In this document: positions 26,682 through 36,768 of the stretch, in pieces
Numbering within the stretch: position 1 is the first letter of the stretch
How the letters are laid out: each line of letters opens with the position of its first letter
Assembly: GCA_964478015.1 (NCBI GenBank)
Contig: CAYZGM010000001.1
Location: 2,981 to 66,980 of the forward strand
Source of the DNA: an uncultured Planctomycetia bacterium
GTDB taxonomy: Bacteria; Omnitrophota; Gorgyraeia; 2-02-FULL-51-18
Direction: 5' to 3'
DNA length: 64,000 nt
Position numbers and translations under genes: made by a program
Notes under the pieces: generated by a model
What the model saw: the letters and a program-made list of their open reading frames with translations, nothing else
What the model was told of the DNA's origin: nothing
Database searches by the model: none

Positions 26682-27239
26682 TTAAGCCCGTTCGAGATAT
26701 TGGCCGGTGCGCGTGTCCACCCGGATTTTATCGCCGGGATTCACGAAAAGCGGCACCTTGATCGTCGCGCCCGTTTCCACGGTGGCTGGTTTTGTTCCGC
26801 TTTTGGCCGTGTCACCCCGAACCCCCGGTTCCGTTTGCGTCACCTCGAGGGTTACCGATGCCGGGAGTTCCACCAAAATGAGTTCCTCGTCGTTGTACCG
26901 TCCAATGACCTCCATGTTTTCTTTCAGGTAGTTGACCTGCTCACCCAAAAGAGTTTTGGAGATCATCACCTCGTTGTAGGACTGGTTGTCCATAAAGTTA
27001 TACTTATCGCCATCGCTGTAGAGATATTGGATCGGACGATCCTCGAGATAGATCTCCTCAAAGCGTTCGCCCGAACGGAAAGGTTGATCCAGAACGCTGC
27101 CTGTTTTGATATTTTTAAGACGCGTCCGGACAATCGCCTGACGCTGTTGCATACGAACCAACTGAAAATCGATGATCTCGTACATCCCGTGCTCGTATCG
27201 AATAACCATGCCGTTCTTAAAATCACTTGTCGAGATCAC
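26682..27239 (-). CDS. efp: Elongation factor P
   Basis: [49 protein letters not shown] is a canonical EF-P N-terminus. Confidence 0.95.
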   Translation of the reverse strand: MISTSDFKNGMVIRYEHGMYEIIDFQLVRMQQRQAIVRTRLKNIKTGSVLDQPFRSGERFEEIYLEDRPIQYLYSDGDKYNFMDNQSYNEVMISKTLLGEQVNYLKENMEVIGRYNDEELILVELPASVTLEVTQTEPGVRGDTAKSGTKPATVETGATIKVPLFVNPGDKIRVDTRTGQYLERA

Positions 27240-28281
27240 GAGTCAACACCTCATTCCCTTTTTTGGTTATCAAAACCATGTCTTCGATTCGAACGCCGAA
27301 TTTACCCGGCAAATAGATCCCTGGTTCGACGGTGATCACCATGCCCGGCTTAAGCACCGTGTCGCTGCGAGAGGAAACGCTGGGGGACTCGTGTACCTCC
27401 AGCCCAACGCCATGGCCGGTGCTATGCCCGAACTGCCTACCGTACCCCTGTTTCTCAATGTGATCGCGGCAGGCTTTGTCGACTTCGCTGCATGGGACTC
27501 CCGGCCTGGCCCTGTGAATGCCGGCGCGCTGCGCCTTCCAAACGATTTCAAAAATTTTCTTGTAAAGGGGCGCCATTTTACCCAAAAAAATAGGACGGGT
27601 CAAATCGGAGTGATAACCCTCAAAGACAACTCCCATGTCCACCAGCACCGACTCATTATTTTTGAGACGAGTTCCATTGGATTGGCAGTGCGGCATTGAG
27701 GCGCGCGCGCCGGCGGCGATGATGATGTCAAAGGCGGGCTTTTCAGAACCCAGGGATTTAGTGTAATGCTCCAAACGCCCCTGCAGATCCCGCTCTTTCA
27801 TCCCCGGTTGCGCAATGCGGCGAACATAGCGCAGCCCTTTGACCGCAATATCGGCGGATCGGCGGATCGATAGAATCTCCCCATCATCCTTGATCACCCG
27901 GAGCGCCTCGACCAGATTTTCCGTGGGCACGAGGTTGTCCTTGCCAACTCGCTTGGCCAAGGCGGCATAAAAAGAATAGGTGACGACGCGGGCCTCAAAA
28001 CCCAGACGCCGGACTTTCCACGCTTTTACCTGATCGGCCACTATTTCGGCGACATTTTTTTTGTCACGCAGAACAATTTTGAATCCGACGGCCTCCTCTT
28101 GGGCCTGTTGAACATAACGGGAATCCGTGATGAAAATCTGTCCTTTTGGCGATACCAGAATCCAGGACTCGGTTGCCTTAAAACCGCTAAGATAGGTCAC
28201 GTTAGGCCATGAACTTATAAGCAGGGCGTCAATGCCTGCTTTTTTGAATGAACCGAGGAGTTTCACGAGACGGGGTTTCAT
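27223..28281 (-). CDS. pepP: Xaa-Pro aminopeptidase (M24B)
   Basis: [13 protein letters not shown] and the VLTRDLDK M24 metal-binding motifs, creatinase N-domain. Confidence 0.9.
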   Translation of the reverse strand: MKPRLVKLLGSFKKAGIDALLISSWPNVTYLSGFKATESWILVSPKGQIFITDSRYVQQAQEEAVGFKIVLRDKKNVAEIVADQVKAWKVRRLGFEARVVTYSFYAALAKRVGKDNLVPTENLVEALRVIKDDGEILSIRRSADIAVKGLRYVRRIAQPGMKERDLQGRLEHYTKSLGSEKPAFDIIIAAGARASMPHCQSNGTRLKNNESVLVDMGVVFEGYHSDLTRPIFLGKMAPLYKKIFEIVWKAQRAGIHRARPGVPCSEVDKACRDHIEKQGYGRQFGHSTGHGVGLEVHESPSVSSRSDTVLKPGMVITVEPGIYLPGKFGVRIEDMVLITKKGNEVLTRDLDK

Positions 28282-28724
28282 CGTTTTTTCTTTGCCGAGG
28301 CCAGGTGGATGGCAGCAAAAAAGCCCAGTTCATAGCTTTTGGCCCCAAAACCGGAGATCTGTCCCGCGGCCACCGGCGCAATAAGCGACTGATGGCGGAA
28401 CGTTTCCCGCGAGTAAATATTCGATAGGTGCACCTCCACGACCGGGACCTTGACCGCCGAAACCGCATCGCGGATTGCGACGCTCGTATGAGTGTAAGCC
28501 GCTGGATTCATGACGATGGCATCAAACACGTCCTCGGACTCCTGAATCTTGGTTACAATTTCACCCTCATGATTGGATTGAAATATTTCAAGCGTCGCTT
28601 TCTGCGATTTGGCAAGTCTTTGCAGATTTCGGTCGACAGTTTTAATCGAGAGCTTGCCGTATACGTCCGGTTCACGTTTTCCGAGCAGGTTGAGGTTGGG
28701 TCCATGAATGATAAGGATTTTCAA
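28278..28724 (-). CDS. aroQ: 3-dehydroquinate dehydratase, type II
   Basis: [23 protein letters not shown] and the HLSNIYSRE type II DHQase signature. Confidence 0.9.
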   Translation of the reverse strand: MKILIIHGPNLNLLGKREPDVYGKLSIKTVDRNLQRLAKSQKATLEIFQSNHEGEIVTKIQESEDVFDAIVMNPAAYTHTSVAIRDAVSAVKVPVVEVHLSNIYSRETFRHQSLIAPVAAGQISGFGAKSYELGFFAAIHLASAKKKR

Positions 28725-29695
28725 GCCGCCGACTCCTCTTGTATCGCCGCTTCCTTAAACCGAATGTGGTAGTCGTGGCGCACAAAATAGATGATTCCCC
28801 CGATCACGCTCAAGAGGATCAAGAGGCCAAGCCATAAAATACCCAACGCCGCCGCATACTCTCTTCCGGTGTAGGGTGTCAGAAAATATATGAAAGCCCC
28901 CTCGCGTATGCCAAGCCCGTTGAGCGATGGAAGCATGCTCACCAGCTGGACCACCGGCACCAAAAGAAAAAAATAGGTCGCTGAGGTTTTAACGCCAAGT
29001 GCCACTGCCATCAAATAGAGGACGTAAATGCCCGCGCTTTGCCCGACGACCGATAAGGCCATTGCAAAAAAAACGGTCCATCTGTGGTTCTTGAAATCAT
29101 GAAGGCCCTCATAGATCTCTCGAATTTTCCGGCCCAAGCCGAACCGATCCAGAAAAACCTGGAGGAATAGAAAGTTGCGTGCGGCACTGCGGCTAAAGAT
29201 TAAACAAAAGAAAACACAGGCCAATCCAAGAAGCGTGTACACCACCGCAGGCACCATGGGATTCCCGATCTGCTTCCTGAAAAAAATAAGTGTTAGGCTC
29301 GGAATGATAATGAACGTGAACAAACCGAAGATGCGATCCATGAGAACGCCCGTCACCGATTTGACAGCATTCTTCGTGATGCGGGCGGCACACATCGCTT
29401 TTACAATATCTCCCCCGACGGATGTCGGCAAAAAATTGTTGAAGAAATAACCGACGAAAGTAAGTTGGCAGCCCTCGCTTAGGGGTATCCAAAGCTCTTT
29501 TGCCGCGAAGATCAGCTTGAGGCGGATCCCCATCACGAGCACCGTTGAGAGCATGAACAGGACCGAAATCGCTATCAAGCCATGGTCCGCTTTTTTCAGC
29601 ACTCCCGCGATTACGGGGATATCCTCGCGAACCAGAGTGTACAAAAGACCCAAAAAAAGGGCGCTGATGGTCCCGCGGAAAAGGATTTTTTTCAT
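28721..29695 (-). CDS. LPG_synthase_TM / UPF0104-family polytopic membrane protein (flippase-like)
   Basis: Multiple TM helices from [22 protein letters not shown] onward; the upstream ORF-track extension (MPTGGRGRAR...) is Gly/Arg-rich junk and is preceded by a consensus promoter, so the start is placed at MKKILF. Confidence 0.65.
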   Translation of the reverse strand: MKKILFRGTISALFLGLLYTLVREDIPVIAGVLKKADHGLIAISVLFMLSTVLVMGIRLKLIFAAKELWIPLSEGCQLTFVGYFFNNFLPTSVGGDIVKAMCAARITKNAVKSVTGVLMDRIFGLFTFIIIPSLTLIFFRKQIGNPMVPAVVYTLLGLACVFFCLIFSRSAARNFLFLQVFLDRFGLGRKIREIYEGLHDFKNHRWTVFFAMALSVVGQSAGIYVLYLMAVALGVKTSATYFFLLVPVVQLVSMLPSLNGLGIREGAFIYFLTPYTGREYAAALGILWLGLLILLSVIGGIIYFVRHDYHIRFKEAAIQEESAA

Positions 29696-29704
29696 GAAGC
29701 GCTC

Positions 29705-29733
29705 ATTATAGACAAACCCTCCCCCAAATGCAA
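29705..29733 (-). promoter_or_regulatory. Putative sigma70 promoter (TTGCAT, 17 bp, TATAAT) ending 9 nt upstream of the ATG at 29695, implying a near-leaderless transcript
   Basis: Minus-strand reading: TTGCAT (29733-29728), 17 nt spacer, TATAAT (29710-29705), then gagcgcttcATG. Confidence 0.4.
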
Positions 29734-29938
29734 GGAATTGAGCCCGGATTAGGGCCGCCAAACGGGCCCGACCCCTTCCGCCAGTCGGCAATCCCCACTT
29801 ACGGCATGCTCCAACTCGGTCTCACGTTTTCTGCGAAAAACCCATGCCCAATGGCCAGCCCCAAGCCACGCGGCCGACATTAGGGCCTGCTTACCCTTAG
29901 GCTGCGAGCAGCGTTGGCCAGTCATGGCTCGGGATGGT

Positions 29939-30925
29939 CTAGAGGGTGTTTCGTAGGCGTTGGGCGGCGGCTTCCGGGGGAGTGGGATTGATGTAAAAAC
30001 CGGTTCCCAGTTCAAAACCGGCTACCTGGGTCAGATGAGGGATAATCTCCATATGCCAATGAAAACTGTCCGACGATTTTGTTTGTAGCGGCAGGGTGTG
30101 GATCATAAAATTGTAGGAGGGGTCACCCAGGGAATGCTTAATCTTGCTTAAAACTGCTTTGAGCGCGGTTGCCATCGATCGGAGGGAAGCCTCCGGCATG
30201 CTGTCAAAACTCGCCTCATGACTTTTGGGCAATAACCATGTCTCAAACGGAAAACGTGAGGCAAAAGGCGCCAGGGCCATAAAATGCTCATTCGAATAGA
30301 CGGTCAGTATTTTTTCGGCGCTTTCCTGGCGAAGCATGTCGCAGAAGAGGCAGCGCTCCGTGTGCTCCTCGTGCAATTGGGCGTTCTTGAGCTCCCCCTG
30401 AACGCGCGAGGGCACGATCGGCAAGGCGATAAGCTGAGAATGCGGGTGCTCGATGCTCGCTCCTGCCTCCGAGCCATAATTTTTAAAGAGCAGAATATAT
30501 TTGAATCGTGGATCTTTTCTTAGATCACGACAGCGGTCCAGGTAAGCGCGAAGAATGCACTCCACCTCCTCTTCGGATAGATCGGCAATCTCTCGGTGGT
30601 GGTCCGGATTCTCGATGATCACCTCGTGTGCACCGAAACCTCCCAAACGGTCATAGAGACCGGAAGCGCTTCTTTCGGGATTTTCCTCGATGCTGAGCGC
30701 TGGAAACCTGTTGGGAATGACCCGTACTTGCCAATCGGGGCCGCTTGTCGTCCCCTTTTTGGAATACACGGCGATTGCAGGAGGCGTCGTCGCTTCACTA
30801 CCGGGACAAAAGGGGCAGGCTTTGCTGGATTTCAGGTACTTCTGGGGGCTGAACTCGAGTTTTGGGTGCTCCTGATCGACGATAACCCATCGGCCCGTGA
30901 CAGGATCTTTTCTAAGTTGTGGCAT
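29939..30925 (-). CDS. Galactose-1-phosphate uridylyltransferase family (HIT superfamily) protein
   Basis: MPQLRKDPVTGRWVIV, CPFCPG zinc motif, HPHSQ nucleotide-binding His motif. Confidence 0.85.
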   Translation of the reverse strand: MPQLRKDPVTGRWVIVDQEHPKLEFSPQKYLKSSKACPFCPGSEATTPPAIAVYSKKGTTSGPDWQVRVIPNRFPALSIEENPERSASGLYDRLGGFGAHEVIIENPDHHREIADLSEEEVECILRAYLDRCRDLRKDPRFKYILLFKNYGSEAGASIEHPHSQLIALPIVPSRVQGELKNAQLHEEHTERCLFCDMLRQESAEKILTVYSNEHFMALAPFASRFPFETWLLPKSHEASFDSMPEASLRSMATALKAVLSKIKHSLGDPSYNFMIHTLPLQTKSSDSFHWHMEIIPHLTQVAGFELGTGFYINPTPPEAAAQRLRNTL

Positions 30926-30927
30926 GC

Positions 30928-31965
30928 TCAGTCATCCCCCGGCGTATCGCGTAGAAGCGCGGCCGCCTCTTCCGGGGGCGTTGGGTTGATGTGGATTCCT
31001 GTGCCCCATTCAAATCCTGCATCCTGCGTCAATCGAGGCATGATTTGCCAGTACCAATGGGTGTCTTCCTCCAACGTTTTCCAATAAATGGCGCTTTTTT
31101 TATGACGAAAAGGTGCGGTGTGAAGGACCAGGTTATGCGGCGGGTCGTTGAGTAAATTGCGTAATCTTACCAGGCATTGCCTGAGCACCCATGCCAGGTC
31201 GGCAAAAGCGTCTACCTGCGTCTTGGCGAAATCAGCCGAGTGCTTCTTTGGAAGAATCCACATTTCGAATGGATAGCGGGAAGCGAACGGACAATAGGCA
31301 AAAAAAGAATTGTTCTCGACCACGACCCGCGCGCCGTTAACCCTCTCCTGTTTTAGCACGTCGCAGACCACGCAACGCTCTCGGCGCTCGTAATAGTTCC
31401 TGGCAAGCGACAGCTCTTCTTTCACTCGCTTGGGAATGATGGGCATGGCCAAAAGTTGGGAACGTGAATGGCGGATGACGTCCGTTGCGGAACCGGAAAC
31501 TAGCCCGTGATTTTTGAAAAGAAGCGCGTACTCAAAACGCGGGTCATCGCCGAGTTCACGCAATCTCTCTGCGTATACCGCCAAAACCTTTTCGATTGCC
31601 TGCAGAGAGAATTCATCCAGATCGTGCTGGTGGCGCGGCGTTTCCACGATTACTTCGTGCTGCCCCACCGCGTCGCGGGTATCGTAAATGCCGACGCCCT
31701 CCGAATCGTACCCATCGGCCAGGTTCGAGAGAATGGGCACCTTGCTCAAAATAGATCGAACATCCCAGCCGGGTCCGTTTGGCGGGCTACCGGGCTTGCG
31801 CAAGGCGAAGACCTCGGAGGTTGTCATCGCCTCTTTGCCCTCGCAAAACGGACATTCGCGCTGATCCATTGCTTTTTTTGGACGGTATTCCATTGGCCGC
31901 CATCCGCGCTCGGAGGAAATGATGGTCCAGTAGCCAGCCAGGGGATCGCGCCGCAACTCAGACAT
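30928..31965 (-). CDS. Second GalT-family nucleotidyltransferase paralog (tandem copy)
   Basis: MSELRRDPLAGYWTII, CPFCEG, HSRSQ variant of the HxHxQ motif; directly adjacent to the first copy with a 2 nt gap. Confidence 0.85.
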   Translation of the reverse strand: MSELRRDPLAGYWTIISSERGWRPMEYRPKKAMDQRECPFCEGKEAMTTSEVFALRKPGSPPNGPGWDVRSILSKVPILSNLADGYDSEGVGIYDTRDAVGQHEVIVETPRHQHDLDEFSLQAIEKVLAVYAERLRELGDDPRFEYALLFKNHGLVSGSATDVIRHSRSQLLAMPIIPKRVKEELSLARNYYERRERCVVCDVLKQERVNGARVVVENNSFFAYCPFASRYPFEMWILPKKHSADFAKTQVDAFADLAWVLRQCLVRLRNLLNDPPHNLVLHTAPFRHKKSAIYWKTLEEDTHWYWQIMPRLTQDAGFEWGTGIHINPTPPEEAAALLRDTPGDD

Positions 31966-33271
31966 GATTTTCTCCGGGACGTAAATACGTCAAAAGATCC
32001 GAGGGCCGGATGGTTCCCACAATCTTGTTGTTCTTGTCCTGAATCACAAGGATCTCGCATTTGGATTCCTTGAACTTCCGGATCGCGTCGCTGATGGTGG
32101 CATCCTTGCCGATCACCGCAAAATCTTTTTTTACAAAATCCGCCACCGATTTGTCCAATTCTTTCAAACTTAGATTGGGGATAGCGAATTTTTCTAAGTT
32201 CCGCACATTCAAAAGACGCCGGTTGATGTATTCGTAGAACTGCGTTGAAAGAATACGCTTAAAACTTACGGGTAAAGGCAGGATGGGCTTGCCCTCGATA
32301 AAATCCAGGTGATTCCGCAGGGCGCAGCTCTGTGAGCGCGGATCGATGGACAAAAGATAGCGTAGGGAGCTATCCGGGATCAGGTGCTCCTCGGCTTCGG
32401 GAATCGCGGAAAGCGAAATAAGCTCATGCACGTCCTCGAGGCTGATTTGGAGCGAATTGAATCCACGCGCGATTTGGAATGAGAGGTTGCCGTCTTGGTC
32501 GCTGAATACCGGCGCGTATTTTTCGAGGGTGTCGATCGCGTCTGCCAAAAAAACCCCCAGAGCGACGTCGGGATTGTATAGCACGCCGCCCATGATAAAA
32601 GCCGCGTCATCGGATTGGCCAGGGCCGATCCGGTGGCGGATATAAAAGTATTTTTGAGTTTTGGGATCCACGGCCCCCTCGGTGCCCACGATAAGTCCGC
32701 GCCGCGAGTAGTCATCTATTTCGGCCTCATGCGCTTCTTCGGCCAGTTTCTCGCCGTCCAGGTTCATCGCGAGCATGGTTTTGACGTCGATGACATAGCA
32801 CCGGCCTCCCCCGATCTTGATCTGATATTTTTTTTCGGCCTCTTTGCGGAAATCCGGATTATCCCGTAGTCCGCCCAGGTAAAGGCCGCGAACCACATCG
32901 CGCGCATTGACCTTGCGGTCGCGGAATAACGCCAATCCCAGGATGGGGTCCCCGTCTTCGCTGAGTAGTCTATCGCGCTTTTCGCCGTTCATCGTGGATG
33001 ACGCAAATTCGACAATGTCGTCGATGAGCGCCTGACGCTTGGCTTTCACCTCGTCCGCATCCCGCCCCAAGGCGCGCACCACATCATCGATCGTGGTGTT
33101 CACAAACACACGATTTTCGAAAGCGCCAGCCCCGTTGTGAGCGCGACCCTCCAGGGATTGCATGAAAAGGAGGTCCTCTATTTCAGGAGTGGTCTCAAGG
33201 TGCTCGTAGGATTTTAAAAGTTCATAGTCGGCCTGAATGAGCTCTTTTGGCGCGACGGAGTGCAAATACAT
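31958..33271 (-). CDS. CBS-domain protein with a large uncharacterised N-terminal domain
   Basis: C-terminal CBS-like region ILVIQDKNNKIVGTIRPSDLLTYL; about 330 N-terminal residues without a recognisable motif; start overlaps the GalT paralog by 8 nt. Confidence 0.6.
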   Translation of the reverse strand: MYLHSVAPKELIQADYELLKSYEHLETTPEIEDLLFMQSLEGRAHNGAGAFENRVFVNTTIDDVVRALGRDADEVKAKRQALIDDIVEFASSTMNGEKRDRLLSEDGDPILGLALFRDRKVNARDVVRGLYLGGLRDNPDFRKEAEKKYQIKIGGGRCYVIDVKTMLAMNLDGEKLAEEAHEAEIDDYSRRGLIVGTEGAVDPKTQKYFYIRHRIGPGQSDDAAFIMGGVLYNPDVALGVFLADAIDTLEKYAPVFSDQDGNLSFQIARGFNSLQISLEDVHELISLSAIPEAEEHLIPDSSLRYLLSIDPRSQSCALRNHLDFIEGKPILPLPVSFKRILSTQFYEYINRRLLNVRNLEKFAIPNLSLKELDKSVADFVKKDFAVIGKDATISDAIRKFKESKCEILVIQDKNNKIVGTIRPSDLLTYLRPGENHV

Positions 33272-33298
33272 AAGCGCGATTATATCAGCTGTGATCGA

Positions 33299-34228
33299 TT
33301 ATTCAAGGAGTTCTCCTGCTTTCAGGGGAGTTCCTTTCAGGAATTCGGAAGCTCTGAGAGTTTTTCGACCCTCCAGCTGCAACTCTTCCAGGACAAGGCA
33401 GCCATCGGAGGTGGCAACCGCGATGCCCGCGGGCGATACCCGCTGGATCTGGCCATGCTTGCAGGGACTTGTCGAGATTTCAGGGCGGCTCACTTTTACC
33501 ACGAGTCGTTTTCCCTTACAGAGCGTGTAAGAACCAGGCCAGGCCAAGTAGGCCCTTACCTGACGATCAAGCTGTTGAGCGCTCAGGTCCCAACGGAGTC
33601 TCCCGTCTTCTTTTTTGATCTTGGCGCAATAGGTGGCCCGGTTCGGATCTTGAGCGATCCAATCCGCTTTCCGCGCTTCGATCGGTCCCAAAGATTCCAT
33701 CAAGGCATGCGATGCCAAGGCCGAAAGCTTGGGTTCTAGCGTCACGATGGTTTCTTTGTCTTGGAGGCTTATTTTTTTTGTGAGACATACTTCTCCGGCA
33801 TCCAACTCTTCGACCATCCGCATGACGCTAACACCTGTTTCCGAATCTCCGCCCAGAACGGCCGATTGCATGGGAGATGCTCCCCGGTATTTGGGAAGCA
33901 GCGAGCCATGAACATTGATCGCACCCAAAACCGGAAGCTCCAAATAATTTTTCCTTAAAATTTTACCAAACGCGATCACGATAAAAAGGTCCGGTTTTAT
34001 TTCTTTGAGTTGGGCGAAACATTCAGATTCCTTGGAAGAAGCCATTTCAATCACGCGGATGTGATTTTGAATGGCCCACAATTTAACGGCGGAGGGCTTG
34101 GGCGCCAAATGCCGCCCGCTGGGTTTTTCGGGTGATGTGACGACAGCCGCCAAGCGGTGGTCTGATGCCAGAAGCGCGTCGAGTGAGGGGAGGCCGAAAG
34201 CGCCCGCCCCGAAGAAAACGAGGGTCAA
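33299..34228 (-). CDS. fmt: Methionyl-tRNA formyltransferase (probable TTG start overlapping the def stop)
   Basis: LTLVFFGAGAFGLPSLDAL N-terminus, formyltransferase core; the ORF-track N-terminal extension has no Met; a TTG at 34228 overlaps the def TGA as TTGA. Confidence 0.85.
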   Translation of the reverse strand: MTLVFFGAGAFGLPSLDALLASDHRLAAVVTSPEKPSGRHLAPKPSAVKLWAIQNHIRVIEMASSKESECFAQLKEIKPDLFIVIAFGKILRKNYLELPVLGAINVHGSLLPKYRGASPMQSAVLGGDSETGVSVMRMVEELDAGEVCLTKKISLQDKETIVTLEPKLSALASHALMESLGPIEARKADWIAQDPNRATYCAKIKKEDGRLRWDLSAQQLDRQVRAYLAWPGSYTLCKGKRLVVKVSRPEISTSPCKHGQIQRVSPAGIAVATSDGCLVLEELQLEGRKTLRASEFLKGTPLKAGELLE

Positions 34229-34734
34229 TCGCTGCTCTTGGCCGAAACTCGGCGCGCCAGCCGAGTTTTGATACGGCAGCCTTTCAAAAATCCTAAGCGG
34301 TCGATGAACAGAATCCCGTTCAAATGATCGATCTCGTGTTGAAAGATCCTCGAAAGGAGCCCCTCGCCTTTCACCTCGACTTCTCTGCCATCGAGAGACA
34401 GGGCTTTCATCCAAACGCGCTTGGCACGTTTCACGGGTTCATAAAATTCGGGCACGCTAAGACAGCCCTCAAACTCTTTGATGACACCCTCCGAACGCAC
34501 GATGCGGGGATTAAGGAAAACAAGCTCCTGTCCCGGAATCTGGTCGGCGCTGGCCACAAAAATCCGCTTGGCAATCCCGACCTGGTTCGCCGCCAGGCCA
34601 ACGCCGTTTTCGGCATGCATGGTCTGGATCATGTCGCGAACAAGGCGCCGCTCCGCCTCGGTGATTGTTTTGACCTCATTGGTTTTGGCCGCCAGTACCG
34701 GGTGAGGGTACTTGATTACCGGTAAAATAGGCAT
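34225..34734 (-). CDS. def: Peptide deformylase
   Basis: GVGLAANQVGI, EGCLSVP, HEIDHLNG are the three PDF motifs. Confidence 0.95.
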   Translation of the reverse strand: MPILPVIKYPHPVLAAKTNEVKTITEAERRLVRDMIQTMHAENGVGLAANQVGIAKRIFVASADQIPGQELVFLNPRIVRSEGVIKEFEGCLSVPEFYEPVKRAKRVWMKALSLDGREVEVKGEGLLSRIFQHEIDHLNGILFIDRLGFLKGCRIKTRLARRVSAKSSD

Positions 34735-34758
34735 GACGCCGTCATTTTAGCATGTCTT

Positions 34759-36768
34759 TTAACAAGGGTCCACATCGACCGCGATGCTACCCCGGATTTT
34801 TTTGTGGGATTCTAGGATTGGTTTGAAGAATAGATGGATGCAGGGCACATCGGGCCCTTTTAGAAAAAGATTCCAATAAAATTGCCCATGCTCTTTGGAA
34901 TTAATGCATGGCGCCGGTCCCAGAACGCGGATGGGTCCGTCTTCGGACCGGGCGCGGATCTCCTTGGAGAGTTCGAGGATCGTACGCACCACGTCCCGCT
35001 CCGCGGCCCCTTTCACCAAGACGCGCACCAAATGCGTGAAAGGCGGCATCGAAAGCTCGCGGCGCAACACGATCTCTTTATCGTAAAACTCAAGAAAATC
35101 ATGGTCCTTTGCGCTCTGGATCGAATAATGATGCGGCACAAAAGTCTGTATCACCACTTTTCCCGGCACGTCCCCCCGGCCGGCACGTCCCGCGACCTGG
35201 GTTAACAGGTCGAACGTACGCTCGCTGGAGCGAAAATCAGGGATATGCAGAGCCGTGTCGGCGGAGATAACGCCGATTAAAGAGACGTTTGGAAAATCAT
35301 GACCCTTGGCGATCATTTGAGTCCCGATGAGAATGTCGATCTCTTTTTTTTTGAAAGATTTTAAAATTGTCTCGTGCGCATCTTTTTTGGCCATCGAATC
35401 CGTGTCCATGCGTCCCAGGCGCGCTTCAGGAAAAAGGCGTCTGGCCTCCTGCTCCACTTTTTGAGTTCCGATTCCGAAATAGTGCAAATAATTTTTCTGG
35501 CAGCCCGGGCACAATCTCTGCGGCATGCTTTGGTGATGGCAGACGTGACACAAAAGCACGGTCTTATCAAAATGATAGGCGAGGCTGATGCGGCAGTTGG
35601 GGCAGGTCATCACGTAGCCGCAGGAGGCACAGTGCAGATAGGTGGAAAAACCGCGGCGGTTCAAAAGCAGCATCACCTGTTCTTTTTTGAACAGCGCGTC
35701 CCGGATGGCCTGCTCAAGGACCGTTGAATAAATGCGCTCTTTTTTACCTTCGCGCTGACGGCGCATGTCGACAATCTCGACGGCGGGGAGAGGCCTATTT
35801 TCGATGCGCTGAGGGAGCGAGAGGCACTTTATCCGGCCGATCTCGGAGCCGTGGTAGGCTTCCAGAGATGGAGTGGCGCTCCCCAACACAAGAACGGCTT
35901 TTTCCAGTTCCGCGCGTTTTTTTGCCACCTCCCGAGCATGGTAGCGAGGAGTTTCATCTTGCTTGTAGGACCCCTCATGTTCTTCGTCAATGACGATGAG
36001 GCCCAAATTTTGAACGGGGCTGAAAAGCGCCGACCGCGCGCCAACAACGACTTTCGCCTCCCCGCTCCGGATTCGATGCCATTCCTCCACGCGCCGGCCC
36101 TGGCTTAAACGGCTGTGAATGACGGCCACGCAATCGCCAAAGCGGGAGTAAAAACGATTCACCGTCTGGGGAGTCAACGAGATCTCTGGAACCAGGACAA
36201 TGCTGGAGCGGCCCTGCTTCAGAAGTCCGCGAATGAGTTGGATGTAAACTTCTGTTTTTCCGCTGCCGGTTACTCCGTGAAGAAGAAAGACGGCTGACTG
36301 TGCAGCATTTAGTTTTTCTAGGATCGCATCGTATGCCGTTTGCTGTGCGGGAGTGAATGAAAGATCCAGCGGGTTCTCGACTTCGGAGCCTGCATGAGTC
36401 TTTGGGGAGCGGCTCTTCATGAAATGCCGCCCTTTTCTAAACGGTGAGGGCAGCGCGGTATCCACGGCTTGGCCCTGGGAGCAAAGGTAGTATTCGGACA
36501 TCCATCGCGTAAGTTCGAGCATATTCTTATCAAGAACGGGCCTCTCATCGACCACGGAGTCTATGGCTTTCACGGATTCGACGATTTTGAGCTGGGACAA
36601 GCCGACCACCGTGCCAACCATAACCCGATTCCGCATCTTCACGAAGACGCGTACCCCCGGGCGAACCTTTGAAACAAGATGTTCCGGGACCGAATATTGG
36701 AATGACCCCGCGGAGGGCACGGCCAACGCGACATCGGCGTAAACAGATTGATCCGTGATTGTGGTCAT
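34759..36768 (-). CDS. priA: Primosomal protein N' (replication restart helicase)
   Basis: LLHGVTGSGKTEVY Walker A, DEEHE DExH box, zinc-finger CASCGYVMTCPNCRISLAYH...CHVCHH; start at MTTITDQ overlapping the UDG stop as ATGA. Confidence 0.9.
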   Translation of the reverse strand: MTTITDQSVYADVALAVPSAGSFQYSVPEHLVSKVRPGVRVFVKMRNRVMVGTVVGLSQLKIVESVKAIDSVVDERPVLDKNMLELTRWMSEYYLCSQGQAVDTALPSPFRKGRHFMKSRSPKTHAGSEVENPLDLSFTPAQQTAYDAILEKLNAAQSAVFLLHGVTGSGKTEVYIQLIRGLLKQGRSSIVLVPEISLTPQTVNRFYSRFGDCVAVIHSRLSQGRRVEEWHRIRSGEAKVVVGARSALFSPVQNLGLIVIDEEHEGSYKQDETPRYHAREVAKKRAELEKAVLVLGSATPSLEAYHGSEIGRIKCLSLPQRIENRPLPAVEIVDMRRQREGKKERIYSTVLEQAIRDALFKKEQVMLLLNRRGFSTYLHCASCGYVMTCPNCRISLAYHFDKTVLLCHVCHHQSMPQRLCPGCQKNYLHYFGIGTQKVEQEARRLFPEARLGRMDTDSMAKKDAHETILKSFKKKEIDILIGTQMIAKGHDFPNVSLIGVISADTALHIPDFRSSERTFDLLTQVAGRAGRGDVPGKVVIQTFVPHHYSIQSAKDHDFLEFYDKEIVLRRELSMPPFTHLVRVLVKGAAERDVVRTILELSKEIRARSEDGPIRVLGPAPCINSKEHGQFYWNLFLKGPDVPCIHLFFKPILESHKKIRGSIAVDVDPC

